DNA of 64,000 nucleotides from Candidatus Woesearchaeota archaeon. GTDB lineage: Archaea; Nanobdellota; Nanobdellia; Woesearchaeales; JABIAG01. The DNA is taken from assembly GCA_018653365.1 (NCBI GenBank), contig JABIAG010000001.1, positions 698,231-762,230 of the forward strand, given 5' to 3'. The notes under the pieces are model-generated. The model ran no database searches and had not been told where the DNA came from. It saw only the letters and a program-made list of their open reading frames with translations. Made by a program: the position numbers and the translations under genes. Below, piece by piece: positions 50,530-58,947 of this stretch (positions are counted from its first letter, which is position 1; every line of letters begins with the position of its first letter).

Positions 50530-51544
50530 TTAACCAAAGAAAGAAACACCAGGATTACAAAACGCGGGACTCATACCAGAAGGCACGTAAGGCATTGCTC
50601 CACCAACTGCAAAACCTACAAGAGGGGTTCTATGACCAAAAGCAGCATTCCACTGATATGGTAACTCATCCAAATCAAGCATTCTTCTCTCCTTAGACGA
50701 ACCAGTTAATTCAGAAGTTAACTTGCCTCCTTTATGAACTACATCAGGACCTTTATTTTGAGGACGTCTAAAATGAGATTGAATATCAGAACCAGGTGTT
50801 GATGATACTTCATTCTGAATACATTAAAAAATGAGCAAGATCATAATTTGAAACACTTTCTCCAGCACTAGTAACCCAACCAACATCTGCCCTAGTATAT
50901 GGATGCCACATACCATCTAACTTTAACATAATAAATCTTCCAGGCTTAACAGCATTTAAAGCCGGAATTGCACTTCTATAAGAAGTATCTTGAGGTTGTT
51001 TTCCTTTATTAACCCAACTTACCATGGTTCTGTGAAATTCTCTTCCTGCAGCTTTGTCATGATGAGTGTGTTTATCTCTTCTTTTTTGTAAAGGAGAATT
51101 AGATTCAATAATTCGATAAGAACCATCTTTTTGCTTTTTTAACTTTATAGGCAAATAACCCATATCAACAAACCTTACATCTCTTCTGCTCTGTCTTTCA
51201 GCCTCACGTTCATAACTTAAACCACTATGAACCGGGATGAGAGAATGTTCCAGTTCAGTATGATAAGCATTCAGTTCATCTTGAAGAGTATCCGCAGGTA
51301 AGACGTTATCTTTTAATTCTCTTCGCCTTCCAGCCCAGGCCAAAGCAGTTTCACTAGCAAGCTTAGCATCCCTTTGAGTCCAACTAAGCTCTGTTTCTGC
51401 AACTATATCAAACCTAACTTCTTCACGTAACGCAGCATTAAGCTCGTATCTCTCTCGCCTATGAGCAAGAACCTTGTGAACTTTACCAACACTGCCTCCG
51501 CACCTAATAAGGGGTTCTTTTTCTATCGTCATAACTATCAACAA
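50530..51544 (-). pseudogene. hypothetical protein with a single-base frameshift near 50824
   Basis: After HFL, removing one base continues ~97 codons (CIQNEVSSTPG...VSFFG*) with host codon bias. Confidence 0.6.
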
Positions 51545-51624
51545 AAAATAACTTGAGATAGTTTAAAAAGCTTACTGGGAAAAATCAGGTTATTTTATAA
51601 ATATTGCAGTATAAATAGAAAATA

Positions 51625-52647
51625 ATGAAACAAAATAAACATTATTCATACAATCAAAAAAGCATCTGTGACGGGTGTAAATTGTGCGTAAAAGGGAGAA
51701 AATCAGTGATTTTCATAACAGGACTCTGTCCACGTAGTTGTGAATACTGCCCATTATCTGATGAAAAGTACAAAAAAGACGTAATGTACTGTAATGAACG
51801 GAAAGTAAACAAATTAGATGAGATAATTGCTGAAGTAAAGATTTCTAGATCAACCGGTGCAGGAATAACGGGAGGAGATCCACTAGTTAAACTTGGAAGA
51901 ACCGTCGAAATCATTAAGATGTTGAAAAAAAGCTTTGGAAGTAAGTTTCACATCCATCTTTATACCTCTCCAAACCTAGTTACCGAAGATAAATTAAATC
52001 AACTACATAAAGCAGGGTTAGATGAAATAAGATTTCACCCAGATATTGAAAGTGATAAATTATGGAATAAAATCAATGTTGCCAAAACGTTTAACTGGAA
52101 AGTTGGAATAGAAATCCCGGTAATTCCAGGAAAATATACTGAAACCGTTAAATTGATTGAATATTTCAAGTGGGTTGATTTTATCAACCTAAACGAACTG
52201 GAAATGTCAGACGGAAACGCATATGTACAAACAGGCAAATGTAAAGATACACTAAGTTATGCAATAACGGGGAGTAAAGCATTGGCAATGAGACTAATGA
52301 AACGATTTAGTAAGTTACAAATACACTTCTGCACAGCCAAACTAAAAGACAGAGTACAACTAGCAAACAGAATTAAGTTAAGAGCTAAAAGTGTAGCACG
52401 TAAACTGGATTACGTAGATGAAGAAGGACTCATCACACACGGTGAGATTAAAGGAACTGAAAAAGATATGATTGCAATTAAGAAAGAGTTTAGCATTCCC
52501 ACTTCTTTGATTGAGTTTGATGGAATAATAAACATTGCTGCATGGGTATTGTTAGATATTTACAAAGAAATACGTCACAAATGCTATATTGTAAAAGAAT
52601 ACCCAACATATGATAAATTGATTATTGAGAAGGAAGAATTGAAATAA
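51625..52647 (+). CDS. conserved archaeal radical SAM protein (COG2108-like)
   Basis: GCKLCVKG, ITGLCPRSCEYCP, TGGDP, HIHLYT, DEIRFHP. Confidence 0.88.
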   Translation: MKQNKHYSYNQKSICDGCKLCVKGRKSVIFITGLCPRSCEYCPLSDEKYKKDVMYCNERKVNKLDEIIAEVKISRSTGAGITGGDPLVKLGRTVEIIKMLKKSFGSKFHIHLYTSPNLVTEDKLNQLHKAGLDEIRFHPDIESDKLWNKINVAKTFNWKVGIEIPVIPGKYTETVKLIEYFKWVDFINLNELEMSDGNAYVQTGKCKDTLSYAITGSKALAMRLMKRFSKLQIHFCTAKLKDRVQLANRIKLRAKSVARKLDYVDEEGLITHGEIKGTEKDMIAIKKEFSIPTSLIEFDGIINIAAWVLLDIYKEIRHKCYIVKEYPTYDKLIIEKEELK

Positions 52648-52659
52648 AAAATAAAAAAA

Positions 52660-52831
52660 CGCCCCCGGTCAGACTTGAACTGACGACCTAAACCGAAATT
52701 AGTCATTTCTGGCTAATTTTTGCGGTAACTGCTTAACAGATTAACAGCTTCGTGATCTCAAAAGCGAGATTCGCACGCTCTACCTGTTGCTCCGCAGAAG
52801 CGTTAACTCCATACGTCTAAGCTACAGGGGC
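52660..52831 (-). tRNA. tRNA-Asn(GTT) with four BHB introns
   Basis: Exons 52831-52817, 52786-52772, 52748-52742, 52726-52721 and 52689-52660 give a 73-nt cloverleaf GCCCCTG TA GCTT AGCAGGTA GAGC G TGCGG CTGTTAA CCGCA AGGTC GTCAG TTCAAGT CTGAC CGGGGGC G. Confidence 0.9.
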
Positions 52832-52883
52832 AATTATTTTTTGTAGAGCGTGTAGGTCTGAAATAAAGAAAGTTACAATCACT

Positions 52884-53492
52884 TTATAAAATTTTCTGTA
52901 TTTTATTACCTTTTCTATGATGGTTTGATCCTATCAACAACCCCCATTTTTCAAGGTTCTTGAATCCGGGAAGTTCCAACCTTGATGCATTTCCCTTCTT
53001 AGAAATTGAACCATAAAAACCACAATCTTCTAGTTTACTCAATATTTGAACAAGAAACGATTTGGCATTGCTAGTAATCTCAATTCTCGGATAATAAGGT
53101 ATTGTTCTATGTTGTTTACTCAAAACACAACAACCATCCGTATCAAACAAACCCCTTAAGAAATCAAAGAAGAATTGGGAGTTAATCAAGTCATTACCAA
53201 TCTTCAAATTTGAATATTTCTTTCCCACAGGCATACCCCAACTTTTAAAAGTATCAAATATACCTTTATCACTGAATCTTAAAAACAGGGTATTTTCTTT
53301 TTTTCTAAATCCGATGTTAACAGTTTTATTAAAAACTTCTAAGAATAACTTTTTTGTAACCTGAGTATGATACGCAAAATCGTCTAGTTTGTGACCGCTG
53401 ATATAGATTAAGTGTCTATTTCCTGCTCGCGATAAACAGCCATCTCCAAACATGATCCCCAACAGTTCTGCTTTTGCTACATCCATTTTCAT
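52884..53492 (-). CDS. free-standing LAGLIDADG homing endonuclease-like protein
   Basis: AELLGIMFGDGCL and FLRGLFDTDGC motifs. Confidence 0.9.
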   Translation of the reverse strand: MKMDVAKAELLGIMFGDGCLSRAGNRHLIYISGHKLDDFAYHTQVTKKLFLEVFNKTVNIGFRKKENTLFLRFSDKGIFDTFKSWGMPVGKKYSNLKIGNDLINSQFFFDFLRGLFDTDGCCVLSKQHRTIPYYPRIEITSNAKSFLVQILSKLEDCGFYGSISKKGNASRLELPGFKNLEKWGLLIGSNHHRKGNKIQKIL

Positions 53493-53499
53493 TTTATTT

Positions 53500-53540
53500 T
53501 CCTCCAAAGTTTTCACTATTGTAAACTTTGGATTTGGCAG
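53500..53540 (-). promoter_or_regulatory. 5' leader hairpin sequestering the GGAGG RBS of the LAGLIDADG gene
   Basis: Minus strand CTGCCAAA-TCCAAAGTT-N12-AACTTTGGA-GGA...ATG. Confidence 0.7.
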
Positions 53541-53626
53541 AAGGATAAAACTTAGTTTACAGAAGAAGTTTTATTTATAAATAATTTGGCAGCGTTTGTC
53601 CAGTGCCACACAAAAATGTCCAGTGG

Positions 53627-53881
53627 TTATCTGACCAACCTAGAATGACCCCATTGAATAAGAAGATCAACGTTTAATGACTTAAGCTCTACTGGAACAT
53701 CACAAGCACCAAAACAAGTACCTGCCCAAATAATCACTTTAGCAGAGGTATTAGACTCGATTTCTTTCTGTATTTTATCTGCTTGAGGTTTTAAACCATC
53801 AGGCAATTGAATACAAACAAGTTTGGCTTTAGAAGCTTTTACTTGTTTTATTACCTTGTTTAGTTCTAAATCGTAATTCAT
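53627..53881 (-). CDS. diphthamide biosynthesis Dph2, N-terminal domain only
   Basis: IQLPDGLK, CFGACD, IQWGHS; only 84 aa. Confidence 0.85.
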   Translation of the reverse strand: MNYDLELNKVIKQVKASKAKLVCIQLPDGLKPQADKIQKEIESNTSAKVIIWAGTCFGACDVPVELKSLNVDLLIQWGHSRLVR

Positions 53882-53915
53882 AAACTAAGATAAGAAAAAG
53901 GGTTTAAAAATGTTA

Positions 53916-54656
53916 TTACTCCTTAACTACATCCACAACCAAGAAAGAAGGATAACGAGAATCAGGTTCCATATCAGGGTACTTTTCAACAAATTCTTTT
54001 GAAATTGAGGGTTCATTAAAACTAACAAGCTTAAAACCCGCATTTACTAACGTGTTTAAATACTCCTGAATACTATGAAAATTGGCCCCAATATTTTTCC
54101 AATCACCATTAGTTAATCTTACCTTTCCAGTAAAAGGAAAATTAGAAAAATAAGAACTACCCTCTTCAAACTTGCACTTTTCCCAATTAGATGTGTTCAT
54201 CATAATCAGCATAGGGTGTGGTACCCAGAACACAAAATGCCCCCCAGTATTAAGAGAATCAAAGATTTGTTTAATTAAACCTGCTAATTGTACGTTATCA
54301 ACAGAGTATTGAATAACACTCAACGCAGTTATCACGTCAAACGTCTTATTTAACGCTCTTAATTCGAACATATCCACTAAAGAATAAGTTATGTTGTCAG
54401 AGGGATTAAGTTTTTTTGAGATATCAATCATGGCTTTAACAGAATCGATCCCAACTACTGATTCATAATCTACTGCCATCTTCTTTGTCCACCTTCCAGT
54501 CCCACACCCAACATCTAAAAGAGATTTATCTTTAGAACTGTACTTCTTAACTATTTCAAGAACTAAAGGCCGAGCAACAAAATCAGGCATAGACTCATTT
54601 AGCTCCCACTTCATAGAATTTTCATGCGTGTAAATATCTTCAGGTTTGAGCGACAT
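53916..54656 (-). CDS. class I SAM-dependent methyltransferase
   Basis: LLDVGCGTG, GIDS, FDVIT. Confidence 0.9.
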   Translation of the reverse strand: MSLKPEDIYTHENSMKWELNESMPDFVARPLVLEIVKKYSSKDKSLLDVGCGTGRWTKKMAVDYESVVGIDSVKAMIDISKKLNPSDNITYSLVDMFELRALNKTFDVITALSVIQYSVDNVQLAGLIKQIFDSLNTGGHFVFWVPHPMLIMMNTSNWEKCKFEEGSSYFSNFPFTGKVRLTNGDWKNIGANFHSIQEYLNTLVNAGFKLVSFNEPSISKEFVEKYPDMEPDSRYPSFLVVDVVKE

Positions 54657-54695
54657 AACACCACTAACTAAAGACAGTATAAGAATCTTCTGATA

Positions 54696-55439
54696 TTACT
54701 TTCTAATTGCAATACCTGCTTTAATTATAAAACCAATAACTAAGAAAATAAGTGTTTCTATACCAAGAAAGTTAGCAACATAAACATAATTGAATCCTAG
54801 TGCAACCGCTGCCCCTATAAGTGAGATTAATGCAATAACAAAACAAATGTTAGACACAAACCGCGATCTTTGAAAATTAAGAACCTCTTTTTTTATTTTA
54901 TTCACTTTATTATAAAGATCTAAAAATTCTCGCTTAAGAGGATTAATTTCAGAAGCAACCTCATCTGCATCCAAATACTTCTTTCTAACATCCTTTAAGA
55001 ACATGTCTCTAACTTCATTAACTTTTAATAAACTAGCTTCCAAATTCTTGATTCGTGATTCTTTAACAACCTCTCGAGATTTTTTAAGTTTAACAATATC
55101 CTTCTTTAGATGATCTACATCTGAAGAAGAATTTTTTGATTGACGTTGAAACTCTGAACGTAGAACTGCATCTTTTTGAAGCATTGAAAGAACATCAGAA
55201 AACTCCTTAACAGACTTTTGTTCATAAGAAATCTTTTCAACCTTTAATCGCATTTTATGCAAGTCTTCATCTTTAGCAGCATTCTTATCTGCTTCTAACT
55301 GTTTAAGATTAAGTTCATTAAGCTCTGTAGCCATAAGTTTCCGAGATTTTTTAAGACTGACAATCTCTTCTTTTATTTTAGAAAAAGAATTTGATAAGTG
55401 TTCATCAATTTCCTTTAATGTTTTTTCCCCCATATCCAA
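54696..55439 (-). CDS. coiled-coil protein with two C-terminal TM helices
   Basis: Heptad-rich body with a hydrophobic C-terminus. Confidence 0.7.
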   Translation of the reverse strand: MDMGEKTLKEIDEHLSNSFSKIKEEIVSLKKSRKLMATELNELNLKQLEADKNAAKDEDLHKMRLKVEKISYEQKSVKEFSDVLSMLQKDAVLRSEFQRQSKNSSSDVDHLKKDIVKLKKSREVVKESRIKNLEASLLKVNEVRDMFLKDVRKKYLDADEVASEINPLKREFLDLYNKVNKIKKEVLNFQRSRFVSNICFVIALISLIGAAVALGFNYVYVANFLGIETLIFLVIGFIIKAGIAIRK

Positions 55440-55487
55440 TTAGATAGAAAAATGGTTTAAAAGGATTATTGTAGTTAAATATTGAGG

Positions 55488-55787
55488 TTACTTTATAGGG
55501 AATCTTGTTTGCTTATTACAATGCAAGCAAGTATATACAATTCCTTTAGGAGTTCTTCTCACTCTAACTGTTTTACCCTGCCTCAAATATTTGTAACAGT
55601 GTTTACAAAATCGTCGCTTAAGCTCAGAAGGAATGCGTACTTTGTACTTCATAGAAATCTTTCTAGCCAGGGTTACATACCTGTTAGATAAAGTGTCATC
55701 AGCACACTTTGCTTGTTTAAAGAGTTCATTAATACGTTCTTTAGCAGTTTTAATAATCTTTGGAGACTTTGGATTATACTTTCGCAT
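55488..55787 (-). CDS. rnp4: ribonuclease P protein component 4 (Rpp21/RPR2)
   Basis: AKERINELF, RYVTLARKI, KRRFCKHC, CLHC-x3-RFP. Confidence 0.92.
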   Translation of the reverse strand: MRKYNPKSPKIIKTAKERINELFKQAKCADDTLSNRYVTLARKISMKYKVRIPSELKRRFCKHCYKYLRQGKTVRVRRTPKGIVYTCLHCNKQTRFPIK

Positions 55788-55818
55788 AAGGTTAATAAAA
55801 AAAAGAAGTTTATAATAT

Positions 55819-56979
55819 TTACTCTTTAATCTCTTTAAGTTCTTTAATTTCGAACTTATCGCCCTTTTTTCTATCAAATTCGTGAAGAGTTTTATCTTTG
55901 TCTTCTTCCACATCTTCAATTAAGAAATTTAAAAAACGCCTAACCCAACCCTTTTCCTCTTTCTTTTTAGAAATTACCTCAAGTTTAGGTTCAACTACCT
56001 TTTTTTCAACAACTTTAGTTTTTTCTATGACTTTAGGTTTTTGGTTTTCTAACTTTTCCAACTTAGAAGCAAGTTTTGTAAGATTCTTCTTTAAATCAGT
56101 AACTTCCTGATTTAATGACTTCTTCTCAGCTACTTGTTCGTTTAGCTCTTTCTTTAATTCCAACATGCCTTTCTGTAACTTGACATTTTCTAATTTGAAA
56201 GATTTTTTAATTTCCTCTGCCTTCTTAGTTATTGACTTTTTAGACATTAACTTTTTAACAGATTCCATGTCTTCAAGCATTCTTCGAGAGATGTCTTTTT
56301 CTAACTTATCAAGATTAACATTGTTAGTTTTATTTGAGAGATCCAACTTTTTATCAACATTAGAAATTTTAGATTCTAATGCTGCTTTTTCATCATCAAT
56401 ATTTTTGGTGACTCCTGCTTTTAATATGTCTTGACCTACCTTTAAACGTTCTAACTTTTTATTAATATCTGACCGTAGTTTTGTGCTATCTTTTTTGTAA
56501 TCTTTAGTGTGAACCGCAACTGCATCAATAGTTTTAACTTGTTTATCAAGAACTTGTATTCTTTCCAGCTCTGTTCTTAAAAACTTGATCTTCTTTAATT
56601 CAGACCCAATCTCTTCAGCTTTAGCTGAGTTCTCATCCAATTTAAGAATTTTTGAATTCCACACAGTAATTTTAGCATTAGTCTGATCCAAGAACTTATC
56701 TGTTGAAATTGCAATATCTTTAACCTGTTTTTCAAGGTCTTTAGTTTTATTTGTTAATTGTTTGTCTAGATAATCAGTCTTGTTTTTTAACTCTCTGAAT
56801 ATTAACTCATTAAGCTCTTTTAATCTCCCTCGAAAAATGTCTAAAGAGGTATCCACCTTCTCCTCTAACTGAATAAATTCTTCCCTTGTTTCAATGAAAT
56901 CCTTCTTAACAGAAGCAAAAGTAATTCTCAAAATCTTATCTAATTTTGGTACATGTTCAATATGAATCTTTTTCTGCAT
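55819..56979 (-). CDS. long coiled-coil protein
   Basis: K/E/L heptads; C-terminal amphipathic GWVRRFLNFL. Confidence 0.7.
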   Translation of the reverse strand: MQKKIHIEHVPKLDKILRITFASVKKDFIETREEFIQLEEKVDTSLDIFRGRLKELNELIFRELKNKTDYLDKQLTNKTKDLEKQVKDIAISTDKFLDQTNAKITVWNSKILKLDENSAKAEEIGSELKKIKFLRTELERIQVLDKQVKTIDAVAVHTKDYKKDSTKLRSDINKKLERLKVGQDILKAGVTKNIDDEKAALESKISNVDKKLDLSNKTNNVNLDKLEKDISRRMLEDMESVKKLMSKKSITKKAEEIKKSFKLENVKLQKGMLELKKELNEQVAEKKSLNQEVTDLKKNLTKLASKLEKLENQKPKVIEKTKVVEKKVVEPKLEVISKKKEEKGWVRRFLNFLIEDVEEDKDKTLHEFDRKKGDKFEIKELKEIKE

Positions 56980-57050
56980 TTTATCCCCTAACAAAAGATA
57001 GAGAAGTCATTTATAAGGATTATTATAGAAAAAAAGAGGTGTTAGAAAGG

Positions 57051-57629
57051 TTAAATATGTGTTCCGGATTTAACTCCTACAGGAACGGGCATTCTCCCAC
57101 CCAACAAATAAGCACGAACTGTTTGTTCAACTGCATCATCCAAATGACCTTGAGCATGAGTAAGTGATTCTAACTCAGAAGCAGATAACTCTTCCCTTGT
57201 TACCCTAACAAACCCACGATAAAACTCACCTGCATTCCGTGCATTAAATGAAGAAACATTTTGTTTTATGGCTCCTGCCTCAAGAAACAGTCCCCCCCTA
57301 GTTTTTCTCAAGCCCCAACAAGACTCAAGAGGTTCTCCCAACATTCCCACTGCAAGATTATACGCCTGTTCAGGATAAGATTTGATAAAAGCTTCACAAG
57401 CATCCCTTCTCCCAACATATTTTATATCAGGAACTGTAGGAATTATTTTGAAGGTAAACACAGGAGGATCTGGTTCGGTTTCATATCCATTAATCGTTTC
57501 TCTTTGAGAAAGAACCAACTTTGCCAATGCATCCCGGATCTCTGCAACTTCACCTAATCGCCATAAAGCAAGGGCAAGAACTCCCACCGTCGCTGTCTCA
57601 CATACTGTCCTTAAACTCGGTATCCGCAT
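57051..57629 (-). CDS. hypothetical protein, N-terminal TM
   Basis: 192-aa ORF. Confidence 0.55.
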   Translation of the reverse strand: MRIPSLRTVCETATVGVLALALWRLGEVAEIRDALAKLVLSQRETINGYETEPDPPVFTFKIIPTVPDIKYVGRRDACEAFIKSYPEQAYNLAVGMLGEPLESCWGLRKTRGGLFLEAGAIKQNVSSFNARNAGEFYRGFVRVTREELSASELESLTHAQGHLDDAVEQTVRAYLLGGRMPVPVGVKSGTHI

Positions 57630-57655
57630 AATAAGAGAATAATTAGAAGAATTAT

Positions 57656-58132
57656 TTAAAGTTTATTCCTTTCTCTTGCTTTTTGCTCCTTAAGATAATG
57701 AATAAAAGATAGGTTTACACGTTCTTGAAATGATAAGATCGCAGAATACACCTTTACCAAATTCATATGACCTACGTTCTTAAGCGGAACTTGACGTCCA
57801 TCACGATACAAAATACAATCAGCATTATCTTCAGTAACATCCATAAACAGGCGGGTATTAGCAACCTTAAACAGAATTCTATCATCTCTAATCAAAAACA
57901 GGGAAGGATTTTTATCAACCATGTGATCCAAACCTTGCTGATATGCTCGTTCAGGATTGTTCCGAAGTGCAGCATCATAGTCAGCATTCTTTTCAGTTAG
58001 TTCTGGAAGAAGTACCCGAATGTAAACTGCGCGTGTTTTAACCGGTTCTGTCTTTTTTTCCCTTAATAACGGAGTAGCCAGAGCCGCAGCAAGAATAATA
58101 CTTAACCCAACCCAAGTTCTTCGTCTTAGCAT
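57656..58132 (-). CDS. hypothetical protein, N-terminal TM
   Basis: 158-aa ORF; shares 'PE-x-AY' with its neighbour. Confidence 0.55.
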   Translation of the reverse strand: MLRRRTWVGLSIILAAALATPLLREKKTEPVKTRAVYIRVLLPELTEKNADYDAALRNNPERAYQQGLDHMVDKNPSLFLIRDDRILFKVANTRLFMDVTEDNADCILYRDGRQVPLKNVGHMNLVKVYSAILSFQERVNLSFIHYLKEQKARERNKL

Positions 58133-58156
58133 AAAGAATGAAAAATAAGAATTTAT

Positions 58157-58849
58157 TTAAAGCTTATCCCAAATAAAGTTAAAGTAAACTCTAAAAGAAC
58201 TAGCAACTTCCTTCTCATGAATTAAAATCGCATAAGGATTCTGTTCATCCCACATGATAAACGCAACATTATCACCATAAATGTTAATTGCTGTATGACC
58301 TGCAGATTTCATAAACTTTATCTCCGAAAGTGGCAATGAAATCTTCTCTTTTTTACCAGAAAAGACGATCTTGAATTTTATGTTTTTTTCTTTCCTTAAG
58401 AGATGGTACTTGGGAAAATAATGTTTTAAAGAAGAACTGCTTTCTAAACTACCCCCTAAAACTAAAACTTCCTTTCCAGTTCTTAACTGATCATCAAGAA
58501 CGTAACGAATCCCCTTTTCCCCTATAAAGAACTGAGTTGATTTTTTTTCTGCATTTTGCTGAAAAAGCTTTTGCAAATCAGGAAGTCCTTGACTTACAAC
58601 ATTTGCTTTCTCGTCAACAAGTTCTTTCAACTTCTTTGGATTATTAGCAAAATAGTTCTTTGTGTTATCCACAGTTAAATACGAAACCAGTCCCTTTTCA
58701 GCCAACCTTTGGAGAACATCATAAACGCTTCTACGATGAATACCTGTACGTTTAGCGAGTTCGGTAACGTTTGAACTAGAGAGTTGTAAGAGAATCTTGT
58801 AAAGTTTTGTTTCATTCTTTGTTAGGCCTGCCGCCTCTAACGCATTCAT
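58157..58849 (-). CDS. TrmB-family transcriptional regulator
   Basis: AGLTKNETKLY, IHRRSVYDVLQRL, IYGDNVAF. Confidence 0.9.
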   Translation of the reverse strand: MNALEAAGLTKNETKLYKILLQLSSSNVTELAKRTGIHRRSVYDVLQRLAEKGLVSYLTVDNTKNYFANNPKKLKELVDEKANVVSQGLPDLQKLFQQNAEKKSTQFFIGEKGIRYVLDDQLRTGKEVLVLGGSLESSSSLKHYFPKYHLLRKEKNIKFKIVFSGKKEKISLPLSEIKFMKSAGHTAINIYGDNVAFIMWDEQNPYAILIHEKEVASSFRVYFNFIWDKL

Positions 58850-58947
58850 AGATAAATTAACCCCCTGGATTATTTAAATGTTGTGGTGATAAGTACTCCC
58901 ACATACCTTTATGTTATTAAATTACTTTAATCTCTTTGGTGATAAAT

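Noticed and set aside
52884-53492. LAGLIDADG gene as part of a tRNA intron or an intein
   Set aside because: It ends about 50 nt upstream of the tRNA 5' end, has its own RBS and shows no intein splice motifs.
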